Translations under genes and position numbers: made by a program | NCBI GenBank assembly: GCA_965197585.1 | Contig: OZ240215.1 | Location: 1,600,001-1,664,000 of the forward strand | Direction: 5' to 3' | DNA from: Dehalococcoidia bacterium | GTDB taxonomy: Bacteria; Chloroflexota; Dehalococcoidia; Plut-88900 | DNA: 64,000 bases | The notes under the pieces: generated by a model | Seen by the model: the letters and a program-made list of their open reading frames with translations, nothing else | Told to the model about the DNA's origin: nothing | Databases searched by the model: none | Part shown: piece after piece, positions 1-11,374 of the stretch | How the letters are laid out: each line of letters starts with the position of its first letter | Numbering within the stretch: position 1 is the first letter of the stretch

Positions 1-1189
1 CTACATATTCAACCGCGGAGTCACCGAGGTAATCCGCCGCGAGGAGTTGGAGCAGCTCCTCGACGCTGGTAAGCCTCTCCGACTCAAAATGGGGTTCGAC
101 CCCAGCCGCGCCGATATCCATCTTGGCCACACCGTCGGGCTCCGTAAACTGCGCCAGTTCCAGGACCTCGGCCACCGCGTAATCCTCATCGTCGGCGACT
201 GGACCGCCCAGATCGGCGACCCCAGCGGCCAGTCCGCCACCCGGCAAATGCTCTCCGCCGAGACCGTCCGCGAAAACGCCCAGACCTACATGGACCAGTT
301 CTTCAAGGTCGTGGACCGTGACCACACCGACGTCCGGTGGCAGAGCGAGTGGTTCGGCAACTTCACCCTCACAGAGGTCATATCCCTCACCAGCCGCTTC
401 ACCGTCGCCCAGATCCTCGCCCGTGAGGACTTCTCCAACCGCTTCAAAGCCAACCGCCCCATCGCCATCACAGAGCTCCTATACCCACTCCTCCAGGCCT
501 ACGACTCCACGGAGATTGAGGCTGACGTCGAGTTCGGCGGCACGGACCAGAAGTTCAACCTGCTCCTCGGCCGCGAGCTCCAGTCCATGGTAGGCCAGAG
601 GCCCCAGCAGTGCCTGCTCGTCCCCATACTCGTCGGCACCGATGGCGTACAGCGCATGAGCAAGAGCCTCGACAACTACATAGGCGTCGCCGAGTCCCCC
701 AAGGACACCTATTTCAAGGTCATGCGCCTCAACGACGACCTCATCCCCAACTACCTAGAACTCGTCACAGACATCTCGGACAACGATATCTCCGATGTCA
801 AAGAAGCGATGGCATCCCGCTCCGTCAATCCCATCGAGATCAAGAAGCGCCTCGCCCGCAATATCGTCTCCCAGTTCCACTCCACCGAGTCCGCCTCCAC
901 CGCCGAGACCGAGTTCGAACGCATCGTCCAGCGCAAAGTGGCCGACGACCTGGTCACTGAAGTTCCATTATCATCTCTCAATGCCGGAGAGACCGCTTTC
1001 ATCCCCCGGCTTCTCGTCGAACATAAGGCCGCTTCCTCCTCCGGCGAAGCCCGACGCCTCATAGACGGCGGCGGAGTCGAGATCGGCGGAGACAGGCTCT
1101 CCGAATACACTGTTGACCGCTCGAAGCTGGTGCCTGGCACCCGGATGAAAGTCGGCAAACGCCGTACCCTCATCTTCGTCGATAGCTAG
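1..1189 (+). CDS. tyrS: Tyrosyl-tRNA synthetase (5'-partial; the frame is open from position 2, YIFNRGVTEVIRREELEQ...)
   Basis: KMGFDPS, HLGH (HIGH), YPLLQAYD, GGTDQKFN and RMSKS (KMSKS) motifs, plus a C-terminal S4-like domain. Confidence 0.97.
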   Translation, partial: YIFNRGVTEVIRREELEQLLDAGKPLRLKMGFDPSRADIHLGHTVGLRKLRQFQDLGHRVILIVGDWTAQIGDPSGQSATRQMLSAETVRENAQTYMDQFFKVVDRDHTDVRWQSEWFGNFTLTEVISLTSRFTVAQILAREDFSNRFKANRPIAITELLYPLLQAYDSTEIEADVEFGGTDQKFNLLLGRELQSMVGQRPQQCLLVPILVGTDGVQRMSKSLDNYIGVAESPKDTYFKVMRLNDDLIPNYLELVTDISDNDISDVKEAMASRSVNPIEIKKRLARNIVSQFHSTESASTAETEFERIVQRKVADDLVTEVPLSSLNAGETAFIPRLLVEHKAASSSGEARRLIDGGGVEIGGDRLSEYTVDRSKLVPGTRMKVGKRRTLIFVDS

Positions 1190-1239
1190 CGACCTTCTCC
1201 TCGGCGCTTAATCCGCTAAAATCTATTCGAGAAAGTGCT

Positions 1240-2349
1240 ATGACAAACGCAAAAGTCCACCTCCGTATCCCCGGCCCCACCCCCTGCCCCGAGGAAGTCC
1301 TCGAGGCCATGACCGCCCAGATGATAAATCACCGCGGGCCTGCGTTCAAAGACATCCTGGAGCGAGTCACCGACCGCCTCAAGCAGTTCTTCCAGACGGA
1401 CAACGACCTTTACGTCATGACCAGTTCGGGCACAGGCGCTATGGAAGCCTCGGTAGTGAACACCCTCTCGGCCGGAGACCGAGTCCTAGCCCTCACCATC
1501 GGCTCTTTCGGACAACGCTTCGTCCAGATCGCAGAGGCATTTGGTGCGGACGTAGTCAAATTGGAAGCCCCCTACGGCAAGGCCATCAACCCCGACGACG
1601 TAGACAAGGCCCTCGCCGACGACCCCTCCATCAAGGCCGTCCTAATCACCCACAACGAGACCTCCACCGGCGTAACTAACCCCCTCTGCTCTATCGCTGA
1701 GATCACCCGTTCCCACAATAGACTCATCCTCGTCGACGCCATCAGCAGCATCGGCTCCATCGACCTCCCCGTCGACGCCTGGGACTGTGATGTAGTATCC
1801 ACCGCCTCCCAAAAAGGCTGGATGGCACCGCCGGGCCTCTCCATGATCAGCGTCAGCCAGCGGGCGTGGGAAGCTTGGGAGTCTGCCAAAATGCCCCGCT
1901 TCCACTGGGATTTCGGGCAGCTGCAGTCCTATCTGGAGAAGGGCCAAACGCCCTGGACCCCCGCCGTTTCCACCTTCTACGCCCTCGACGCAGGCCTTGA
2001 AGTAATGGCTAAAGAGGGTCTCGCCAACATATTTGAACGCCACGCCTCCGTTGCCCGGCGGGCCCGAGACGGCGCTCGGTCCCTCGGTCTCTCCCTCCTC
2101 GCCGACGAAGAGATTGCCTCCAACACCGTCACCGCCATCAACGCCCCCGAAGGCATCGACCTCGCCCAACTCCTCAAGATCACCCGCGAGGAGTACGGCG
2201 TGGTCCTGGCCGGGGGCCCCGGCCCTCTTGCAGGCAGGGTATTCCGCATAGGTCACCTCGGTCACGTTACCGAGCAGGACATCGACGTGGTGATCGACAC
2301 CCTCCGAGAAGTCCTACAACGCCTCGGGTTCCGGGGATCGGGCCAGTAG
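1240..2349 (+). CDS. Class V PLP aminotransferase (alanine-glyoxylate/serine-pyruvate type)
   Basis: IPGPT, HNETSTG, VDAISS, ASQKG (PLP Lys) and FRIGHLG motifs. Confidence 0.92.
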   Translation: MTNAKVHLRIPGPTPCPEEVLEAMTAQMINHRGPAFKDILERVTDRLKQFFQTDNDLYVMTSSGTGAMEASVVNTLSAGDRVLALTIGSFGQRFVQIAEAFGADVVKLEAPYGKAINPDDVDKALADDPSIKAVLITHNETSTGVTNPLCSIAEITRSHNRLILVDAISSIGSIDLPVDAWDCDVVSTASQKGWMAPPGLSMISVSQRAWEAWESAKMPRFHWDFGQLQSYLEKGQTPWTPAVSTFYALDAGLEVMAKEGLANIFERHASVARRARDGARSLGLSLLADEEIASNTVTAINAPEGIDLAQLLKITREEYGVVLAGGPGPLAGRVFRIGHLGHVTEQDIDVVIDTLREVLQRLGFRGSGQ

Positions 2350-4404
<2,055 letters not shown>

Positions 4405-5019
4405 ATGTGGCCCTTCAAGAAGAAAAAGTGGTCTGGCGGAGGCTTCGACCTGGCGGTGGTTGGCCTCGGTAACCCCGGCCCTGAATACGACGGCACCCGA
4501 CACAACGTCGGCTTCGACTGCGTCGACAAGTTCGCCTCCGAGCACGGCCTGAAGTGGACAGGGCGTCGCGGCCCCCTCAAGTGGGCCGAGGGTGGGGTAA
4601 CAATTGACGGTTCAGTCAAGCGTGTCCTCCTCGCCAAGCCCCGCACATTCATGAACCTCAGCGGCGAGGCCGTACGCTATATCACCACCCGCTGGTCCGT
4701 CCCCGAGACCAGCCTGCTCATAATCTACGACGACATGGACCTGCCCTTAGGCACTATCCGAATCCGTATGCACGGGAGCGCCGGGGGCCATAATGGGATC
4801 AAGTCCATCATCCGCGCTCTCGGTACCGAGAACATACCCCGCATAAGGGTTGGCATCGGGCGGGATGCCACGGGCCGGACTGGTGCCATCTCCCGGGTCC
4901 TCGGCCACTTCTCGGATGACGAAAGACAGGCTATGGACAGCTCAGTATCCACCGTCTCCGAGGCCATAGCCTGCATCCTGTCCAAGGACCTGGACGCGGC
5001 CATGTCCCGGTATAACTAG
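4405..5019 (+). CDS. pth: Peptidyl-tRNA hydrolase
   Basis: VGLGNPG..Y..TRHNVG, KPRTFMNLSG and GGHNGIKS motifs. Confidence 0.97.
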   Translation: MWPFKKKKWSGGGFDLAVVGLGNPGPEYDGTRHNVGFDCVDKFASEHGLKWTGRRGPLKWAEGGVTIDGSVKRVLLAKPRTFMNLSGEAVRYITTRWSVPETSLLIIYDDMDLPLGTIRIRMHGSAGGHNGIKSIIRALGTENIPRIRVGIGRDATGRTGAISRVLGHFSDDERQAMDSSVSTVSEAIACILSKDLDAAMSRYN

Positions 5020-5056
5020 CAGAGGCTTCCTCATTGGCAGCATTTGCCGCACCCTG

Positions 5057-5314
5057 CTATGGGACAATAACCTCCATAGCTTCCACCTCACCTTCCACGC
5101 CATAATCTGAGCTAGACTCCGCAACCCCGGAATGCCGAGGGTCCGGCAGGGGAAGGCCATCTTTTCTCATCTCCTCGACATACAGTCCCACAGCTTCTGC
5201 GATGAGCTGACACACCTCCTCCTTGGACTCGGCGGCTGCTATGCACCCCGGCAAATCCGGCGCATACGCACTGTAATTCCTGGGTCCCTTCTCGATTATT
5301 ACGGCGTATTTCAT
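5057..5314 (-). CDS. hicB: HicB-family antitoxin
   Basis: YAVIIEKG..NYSAYAPDLPGC motif; directly downstream of hicA. Confidence 0.9.
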   Translation of the reverse strand: MKYAVIIEKGPRNYSAYAPDLPGCIAAAESKEEVCQLIAEAVGLYVEEMRKDGLPLPDPRHSGVAESSSDYGVEGEVEAMEVIVP

Positions 5315-5326
5315 GACCGCCTCGCT

Positions 5327-5515
5327 TTATTTCAAACCTGCCTGTTTCAGAATGTTGTTGTAGGTCCCTTTATGCAGATCGTATCCCTCATTTCCTGCGA
5401 TTACGACTGTGCCCGGCTTATCCGGGTGCTTATATATCCTATGACTCCCTCGCGTTCTTGCAAGTCGCCAGCCGTCCTCATGCACAATTCGCATAGCCTC
5501 TCTAACCTTTGGCAT
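5327..5515 (-). CDS. hicA: HicA-family toxin (mRNA interferase)
   Basis: DGW...RTRGSHRIYKHP...GTYNNILKQAGL. Confidence 0.92.
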   Translation of the reverse strand: MPKVREAMRIVHEDGWRLARTRGSHRIYKHPDKPGTVVIAGNEGYDLHKGTYNNILKQAGLK

Positions 5516-5535
5516 GTACGTCTACCCAATGATCC

Positions 5536-6312
5536 CTACCAGATACTCCAACCCCCATCGACCATAATCGTTTGGCCGGTTATGTAGCTGGAGTTCTCGG
5601 AGGCCAAAAGCAGCAGAAGCCCGACCAACTCCTCCGGCTGCCCGACCCTGTTCATAGGCGAAAGGGCCGAGAGTTCCGCCTTCACGTCGGGTAACTTCAG
5701 GAAACGGTCAGTCAGCTCGGTGTGAAAGAATCCTGGCCCGATCTGGTTGACCGTTACACCCCTCTTGGCCCACTGCTTGGCTGTCTCTCGGGTCAGTCCC
5801 GCCATCGCGTGCTTGGCCGTGCAGTACCCAATGCTGGGGTCGTTCTCCGGCGCGGCCTGCACTCCCTCCACCGAGGAGATGTTGATAATCCTGCCCCACC
5901 CCCTGTCGAGCATCACCCGACCCGCCTTCTGCGTCAGCATGAACACTCCGAAAAGGTTGGTGTCCAGAATGGTGCGGTATTCTTCAAGCGTCGTGGTTTC
6001 GGTCCACATCGCCATTCCGCCCCGAGCCGCGTTGTTCACCACGATGTCTATCCTGCCAAACTCCTCCATCGTCCTCGAGACCAGTTCGTCTATCTGGTCC
6101 TCCTGCGAAACGTCGGTCTGCATCACGAGGCACCGCCGTCCCCGCTCCCTCACCCCCTCGGCAGTCTGTTCCAGCCGCTCTTTCCGCCTCGCTGCCACCA
6201 CAACGTCCGCCCCCGCCTCGGCGAGCGCGTGGGCAAACACCACCCCGAACCCCGAGGATGCGCCCGTCACTATAGCCACCCTGTCTGTCAGATCGAACAA
6301 TTTCTCTATCAT
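5536..6312 (-). CDS. Short-chain dehydrogenase/reductase
   Basis: TGASSGFG, VNNA and YCTAK (YxxxK) motifs. Confidence 0.92.
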   Translation of the reverse strand: MIEKLFDLTDRVAIVTGASSGFGVVFAHALAEAGADVVVAARRKERLEQTAEGVRERGRRCLVMQTDVSQEDQIDELVSRTMEEFGRIDIVVNNAARGGMAMWTETTTLEEYRTILDTNLFGVFMLTQKAGRVMLDRGWGRIINISSVEGVQAAPENDPSIGYCTAKHAMAGLTRETAKQWAKRGVTVNQIGPGFFHTELTDRFLKLPDVKAELSALSPMNRVGQPEELVGLLLLLASENSSYITGQTIMVDGGWSIW

Positions 6313-6334
6313 GGCTCCTCCTCAGTTAACGCGA

Positions 6335-6367
6335 AACGGCAACCTGCGCGCTGCGCAGGTTGCCGTT
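6335..6367 (-). terminator. Perfect 15-bp hairpin between glnA and the SDR gene (terminator or mRNA-stabilising stem)
   Basis: AACGGCAACCTGCGC-GCT-GCGCAGGTTGCCGTT; only a short U tract follows. Confidence 0.55.
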
Positions 6368-6380
6368 GCCTTGTCTCGTT

Positions 6381-7826
6381 CTAAGCGTGGTAGTACAGAG
6401 CGAACTCGAACGGGTGTGGTCTCATTCTCACCGGGTCGACCTCGTTGACCCGCTTGTATTCGATCCACGTCTCTATCAAGTCCGGCGTGAAGACGCCGCC
6501 CTTCAACAGGAAGTCGTGGTCGGCCTCCAGAGCGTCCAATGATTCTTCCAGGCTGCCAGGTACTTGGGGAATTCCCTTGGCTTCCTCCGCCGAGAGCTCG
6601 TACAGGTCCACGTCCATCGGGTCTCCGGGGTCCATCTTCTTCTCTATCCCGTCCAGCCCCGCCATCAACAGGGCCGAGAAGGCAAGATACGGGTTGGAAG
6701 TGGGGTCTGGAGGTCGGAACTCGATGCGTACCGCATTGGGCGAAGTCGAGTAGGCCGGAATCCTGATACAGGCGCTTCGGTTCCTGCGAGAGTAAATCAG
6801 GTTTACCGGGGCCTCGTACCCGGGGACTAGACGCTTGTAGGAGTTGGTGCCGGGAGCGCAGAAGGCCATCAAGGCCGGAGCGTGGGCCAGCAGACCGGCT
6901 ATGTAGTGTCGGCACATGTCGCTGGTGAAGGCGTAGCCGTCCCCGTAGAAGAGGTTGATGTCGTCTTTCCTCAGGCTCTGGTGGACGTGCATCCCCGTGC
7001 CGTTGTCCCCGAAGATCGGCTTGGGCATGAACGTCGCCGTCTTCCCGTGACGCTTGGCAACGTTCTTGGCAATGTACTTGTACAGCAATGCCTTGTCACC
7101 CATCTTGGTGAGCGTGTCGAACCGGATGCTGATTTCACTCTGGCCCCCGGTTGCCACCTCATGATGGTGCATTTCGACCCGGATCCCGACCTTCATCAGT
7201 TCCGTTGCTATATCGTTCCGGATGTCCGTGAGCGAATCCATGGGTGGAGCCGGAGAGTAACCCATCTTGGCTGGCGGCCTGTGTCCCAGGTTAGGAAAAG
7301 GTTTCCCTCTGTCTCCCATTGCCCTATCGGCCCCCCTATTCCAAACGGCCTCCTGCGAGTCTATGTAGTAGTACGCTGCATTTGGCTGGTTGTCGTACCG
7401 GATGTCGTCCAGGATGAAGAACTCCAACTCCGGCCCCCAGGCACTCGAATCGGCGATGCCCGTGCTTACTAGGTAGGCTTCCGCCTTCTTCGCAACGTAC
7501 CTCGGGTCCCGAGAATACTCACCACCCAGCACCGGGTCCCGTACGTCGCAGATCATACTGAGAGTCGGGCGCTCGAACACCGTGTCAATGAACGCGGACG
7601 CCGGATCGGGCACTATAAGCATGTCGCTTTCATTGATTGCCTGAAAGCCCCTGATGCTCGAACCGTCAAACCCCATCCCCTCTTCGAACAGCGCTTCATC
7701 CACCTCTACTGATGGCACCGAAAAGTGTTGAAGTCGCCCGAACAGGTCGGTGAACTTCAGGTCAACGTACTCTATCCCCTCGTCCTTACACCTCTTGATT
7801 ATGTCTTTGCCGCTGGTCTCCGCCAT
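6381..7826 (-). CDS. glnA: Glutamine synthetase type I
   Basis: FDGSSIRGF, HHHEVATGGQ, FMPKPIFGDNGTGMHVH, NSYKRLVPGYEAP, and DLYEL (adenylylation Tyr region). Confidence 0.98.
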   Translation of the reverse strand: MAETSGKDIIKRCKDEGIEYVDLKFTDLFGRLQHFSVPSVEVDEALFEEGMGFDGSSIRGFQAINESDMLIVPDPASAFIDTVFERPTLSMICDVRDPVLGGEYSRDPRYVAKKAEAYLVSTGIADSSAWGPELEFFILDDIRYDNQPNAAYYYIDSQEAVWNRGADRAMGDRGKPFPNLGHRPPAKMGYSPAPPMDSLTDIRNDIATELMKVGIRVEMHHHEVATGGQSEISIRFDTLTKMGDKALLYKYIAKNVAKRHGKTATFMPKPIFGDNGTGMHVHQSLRKDDINLFYGDGYAFTSDMCRHYIAGLLAHAPALMAFCAPGTNSYKRLVPGYEAPVNLIYSRRNRSACIRIPAYSTSPNAVRIEFRPPDPTSNPYLAFSALLMAGLDGIEKKMDPGDPMDVDLYELSAEEAKGIPQVPGSLEESLDALEADHDFLLKGGVFTPDLIETWIEYKRVNEVDPVRMRPHPFEFALYYHA

Positions 7827-8020
7827 GGGGCCTCCTTTAATCGTGTGGTAACTCTCTTGCTCTTCTCTTGCTTGGTTACGTTAATGTCTCCCGTTGGCCG
7901 AATCACGCCGCGCAATCTCTAGAAATGTGTATTGTCGGTTCGGCGCGAGGCCGCAGGGGAATATACCAACTTGCCAACTCACACACAACGACGAACGCCC
8001 CACGGGCCCCGAAATTAGAG

Positions 8021-8049
8021 AGGGCGCCCTCCGGATGGAAGGGCGCCCT
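8021..8049 (-). terminator. Hairpin downstream of the moeB-like gene
   Basis: AGGGCGCCCT-N9-AGGGCGCCCT (self-complementary arms). Confidence 0.45.
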
Positions 8050-8091
8050 ATACAAGACGTGTCCATTTCTCTTTGCGTACAGGTCGATCGG

Positions 8092-8910
8092 TTAGGCGTG
8101 GGCCAGCACGCCGCAAAAGGCCTCGTAGTCGATTAGTTCCGTGACCGTGGGGTTGTCGCCGCACACCGGGCAGTCCGGGTCTCGACGCACCTTCACCTGC
8201 CTGAATTCCATGTCCAGCGCATCGAAGATCATCAGCCGGCCCGTCAGTGGATCACCCAGCCCGAGCAACAACTTTATCGTCTCGATTGCCTGGATAGTCC
8301 CTATGATGCCCGGTAGAACTCCCAGCACTCCGGCTTCGGCGCAACTCGGCACCATGCCGGGGGGAGGGGGGTCCGGGTAGAGGCAGCGGTAGCAGCCCTT
8401 GTCATGGGTGAACACTGACGCTTGCCCCTCGAACAGAAATATGCTGCCGTGCACGTTCGGCTTCTTGGTCATTACGCAAGCGTCGTTGACAAGGTAGCGA
8501 GTGGGGAAGTTGTCCGTGCCGTCCACGATAACGTCGTAGTCGGCCATTATGTCGAAAATATTCTCGGAAGTGAGGCGTACGGGGTGGGATATGACGTTGA
8601 CGTCCGGGTTGATGCCCTTGAGCGTGTCCGTCGCCGAGTCCACCTTGGGCCTCCCCACGTCACTGTTTCGATGCAGTATCTGCCTCTGCAGGTTGGTGAG
8701 GTCTACTACGTCGAAATCTACGATCCCCAAAGTCCCGACCCCCGCAGCTGCCAAGTACAGCGCTGTCGGCGATCCAAGACCCCCCGCCCCGATCAGAAGC
8801 ACCTTCGAGTCAAGCAGTCTTCTCTGCCCTTTGCTCCCGACCTGCGGCATTATAAGATGTCTGCTGTATCTCTGGACCTGTTCTTTAGTGAAAGCGAGCG
8901 ACGTTGCCAT
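8092..8910 (-). CDS. moeB: MoeB/ThiF-family sulfur-carrier adenylyltransferase
   Basis: RYSRH, GAGGLGS, NLQRQ, CYRC, PSCAEAGVLG and CPVC motifs; no rhodanese domain. Confidence 0.9.
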   Translation of the reverse strand: MATSLAFTKEQVQRYSRHLIMPQVGSKGQRRLLDSKVLLIGAGGLGSPTALYLAAAGVGTLGIVDFDVVDLTNLQRQILHRNSDVGRPKVDSATDTLKGINPDVNVISHPVRLTSENIFDIMADYDVIVDGTDNFPTRYLVNDACVMTKKPNVHGSIFLFEGQASVFTHDKGCYRCLYPDPPPPGMVPSCAEAGVLGVLPGIIGTIQAIETIKLLLGLGDPLTGRLMIFDALDMEFRQVKVRRDPDCPVCGDNPTVTELIDYEAFCGVLAHA

Positions 8911-9065
8911 TAAGACAATTCCTCCTAGGGATTCAAGCCTGTTTCTTCGGCCAGTCCATCCCCTTTTCCGCTATCCAATGACAATATATGATAACATAGC
9001 GCTCGCTCCCCTTCAATTTGGGTGCTAGCTAGAAAACGATAACACAGACCGGAGATACCGATCCT

Positions 9066-9707
9066 ATGGACACCATACAGTTGGCCGTAGATGTTCGCGA
9101 AGCAATGGGCAAGAAGGCCCGATTCCTGAGGCGCGATGGCCTCACCCCCGCCAATATCTACGGCCGAAACCTCGATTCCGTCGCCCTTCAACTCCCCTCC
9201 GCCGACCTTATCCAGGCACTGTCCCAGGGAGGCCAAAACGCTGTCCTGGACGTCAAGGTTAAGGGCGAGAAAACTGCCAGAACTGCCGTTATTCGCAACA
9301 TCCAACGTAATCCCGTCACTGACGTGGTAATCCACGTTGACTTCCTCCAAGTGGACGTCACCCGGGCCATCACCTCTGACGTGCCTCTGGTGTTTGTCGG
9401 AGAGTCACCCTTGCCCAAGACGCAGACAGTGATATCTCAGATCCTCGCATCCATACAGGTCTCCGGGCTGCCTATGCAAATCCCGAACTCAATTGAGGTA
9501 GACGTTTCGGTGCTGGAGGAAATAGACCAGTCGATATTCGTGCGTGACCTTCAGCTCCCCGACGACATTGAGGTCATCACAGACGGTGATCAGATGATAG
9601 TCAGGGCCACTCCGGGCCGCGTCGCAGAGGTGCTCCCCGGAGAAGAGACGGAGGACGCCGAAGACGGGATTCCCGCCGAGGCCCCCTCCGAATCAGAAGA
9701 ATCCTAA
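9066..9707 (+). CDS. rplY: 50S ribosomal protein L25/Ctc
   Basis: R..GKKARFLRR.G.TPANIYG and HVDF motifs, C-terminal Ctc domain, acidic tail. Confidence 0.93.
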   Translation: MDTIQLAVDVREAMGKKARFLRRDGLTPANIYGRNLDSVALQLPSADLIQALSQGGQNAVLDVKVKGEKTARTAVIRNIQRNPVTDVVIHVDFLQVDVTRAITSDVPLVFVGESPLPKTQTVISQILASIQVSGLPMQIPNSIEVDVSVLEEIDQSIFVRDLQLPDDIEVITDGDQMIVRATPGRVAEVLPGEETEDAEDGIPAEAPSESEES

Positions 9708-9749
9708 CCCCTTGCTCTTGTCCTCCTGTCAATCTGAGGCTCCTTCTCT

Positions 9750-9776
9750 GTAATTCCGAGGCTCCGCGAGGAATCT
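9750..9776 (+). repeat. 27-bp intergenic repeat A, copy 1 (consensus GTCATTCCGAGGCTCCGCGAGGAATCT)
   Basis: Near-identical copies at 20383, 35601, 40303 and 45385. Confidence 0.85.
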
Positions 9777-9839
9777 GGGACTTGCCTAGCTTCGTCTCTC
9801 CTCTGTATGTCGCGCCCCATCCACCCTTTCTCGCCCCCA

Positions 9840-9888
9840 TTGACACCCTCTGTCCACTTTGTTATTATTTCCTTAGAACGCCCGTTCC
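9840..9888 (+). promoter_or_regulatory. lexA sigma70 promoter with LexA (SOS) box
   Basis: TTGACA (9840-45), 17-bp spacer, TGn-extended TATTAT (9863-68), then AGAAC-GCCC-GTTCC (9875-88) matching the GAAC-N4-GTTC box. Confidence 0.85.
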
Positions 9889-9902
9889 CAACAGAGGTGC
9901 GC

Positions 9903-10535
9903 ATGAAAGCTTTGTCAAAAAAACGTAAGCAAGTCCTTAACGCCATTACTGGCTTTATGGACCGGCACAAGTATCCTCCCAGCGTCCGGGACGTCGTCCA
10001 TATGTGCAGCATGAGCTCTACTTCAGTGGCCGACTACCACCTCAAAGCCCTCGAGAGGGAGGGCTACATCCGCAGGGAGTCGGGCGTATCCCGGGGAATA
10101 GAAGTCATCGGCTACGATGGTCGGGACGCCAACATCTTCAGGGCCCCACTCCTGGGCACCATCGCTGCCGGCGAGCCTCTCCCAGTCCCCACCTCAGAGC
10201 CCTGGGCTTCCTTGGAAACCCTCGAAATTCCCGAGGACATGGTCGGCGGCAGAGAGAATGTCTACGCCCTCAAAGTCAAGGGCACTTCAATGATCGACGC
10301 CCTAATCGACGACGGTGACATCGTCCTCCTCCAGCACGTCAACACCGCCGACGACGGCGATATGGTCGCCGCCTGGCTTGAGGCCGAGGAGGAAGTCACC
10401 CTCAAGCGCCTCTACCGAGAGCCGGATAGGATCAGGCTTCAGCCCGCCAACTCCCAAATGGCCCCCATCTACGTCCACCCCTCTAACCTCTCCGTCAAGG
10501 GCAGAGTCATAGGCGTCATACGCAAACTGGCCTAA
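9903..10535 (+). CDS. lexA: LexA repressor (start moved to ATG 9903)
   Basis: YPPSVRD wHTH, IAAG cleavage site, VKGTSM (catalytic Ser) and VTLKR (catalytic Lys). Confidence 0.97.
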   Translation: MKALSKKRKQVLNAITGFMDRHKYPPSVRDVVHMCSMSSTSVADYHLKALEREGYIRRESGVSRGIEVIGYDGRDANIFRAPLLGTIAAGEPLPVPTSEPWASLETLEIPEDMVGGRENVYALKVKGTSMIDALIDDGDIVLLQHVNTADDGDMVAAWLEAEEEVTLKRLYREPDRIRLQPANSQMAPIYVHPSNLSVKGRVIGVIRKLA

Positions 10536-10573
10536 CTCCTCGTCCTAGGCTTAGCCCATCGCTTAACGAAGAT

Positions 10574-10724
10574 GAAGAGATGGCTGGGGTAAGACGGTTA
10601 CTCTACTCAATCAGCGGGCCGAGCAGAGCGCACTCAACACCCATGTTATCGTGAGGTTCCACACTGAAAGTGGAACATCCGCCTCTGGCAGGAGATATCT
10701 AGGACTTACCCCCTCACATCCTTC
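10574..10724. ncRNA. Candidate rod-shaped structured RNA (possibly 6S-like), unconfirmed
   Basis: GAAGAGATG/CATCCTTC and GGGGTAAG (10586-93)/CTTACCCC (10705-12) outer stems; internal GTTCCAC-N7-GTGGAAC hairpin; no ORF in the track. Confidence 0.3.
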
Positions 10725-10854
10725 TCTGCCACCCCTTTCCCTCAATGAGTCCTTTGAACAACCCACCAAGGATTACCGCGGACTGGCATGTTAGATCCTG
10801 ACAGGAATCCGTCCGCACTGATCCCCATTAAGCGCGAGCGTATTCTGCGTGGGG

Positions 10855-10914
10855 TGAAAAAGAAAAATGAGTCTGGCTCAACTCCTCCCCCCCATCGGAG
10901 GAAGAGGGCGAGCC
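10855..10914 (-). terminator. Probable intrinsic terminator for the microprotein pair
   Basis: Minus strand GGCTCGCCCTCTTCCTCC...GGAGGAGTTGAGCC stem followed by AGACTCATTTTTCTTTTT. Confidence 0.55.
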
Positions 10915-10950
10915 AAAAATAATGAGACGTTTAGTCTGTGGGGTCTGGCT

Positions 10951-11094
10951 CTAGTCCGCCGAGGGAAGAGGCTTCGGCTGCTGGAGTGTCATCTCCACGC
11001 TGCAGCAGTTCACCACACCCTCTCCCGCCTTGGTGCACAGCACCTGGCTCCCGCAGTTCTCACAGACGAACCGTTTGCCCAACAAGTTTGGCAT
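10951..11094 (-). CDS. 47-aa desulforedoxin-like CxxC...CC microprotein (absent from the ORF track)
   Basis: Translated by hand: MPNLLGKRFVCENCGSQVLCTKAGEGVVNCCSVEMTLQQPKPLPSAD; GGAGAGG RBS upstream. Confidence 0.8.
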   Translation of the reverse strand: MPNLLGKRFVCENCGSQVLCTKAGEGVVNCCSVEMTLQQPKPLPSAD

Positions 11095-11154
11095 TCCGCT
11101 AAATCCTCTCCGACGTTTTAAGTTGACCAGTCCCTGAATGGACCGTGGTGGTCG

Positions 11155-11271
11155 CTACTTGAGGACCATCTCATTTTCGCAGCACATTATTGTGCCATTC
11201 CCGCCCCGGGTCACAATGAACTCCGACCCGCAGGTCTCGCACTTGTACCGCTTGCCAGTCTGATTTGCCAC
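11155..11271 (-). CDS. 38-aa desulforedoxin-like microprotein (GTG start)
   Basis: MANQTGKRYKCETCGSEFIVTRGGNGTIMCCENEMVLK; AAGAGG RBS; paralog of the adjacent ORF. Confidence 0.8.
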   Translation of the reverse strand: MANQTGKRYKCETCGSEFIVTRGGNGTIMCCENEMVLK

Positions 11272-11374
11272 GTAGTGCCTCTTGGAAAATCGGGCCCGAG
11301 TCCAAAACCCGCGCCCGACAAGATTTTGCGCAATTATAGCCACCCCCATTTAAGAGGGTCAAGGGAGCGTGGGG

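Noticed and set aside
7827-7925. Glutamine riboswitch or GlnR box upstream of glnA
   Set aside because: I could not match the glnA-motif consensus or a TGTNA-N7-TNACA site.
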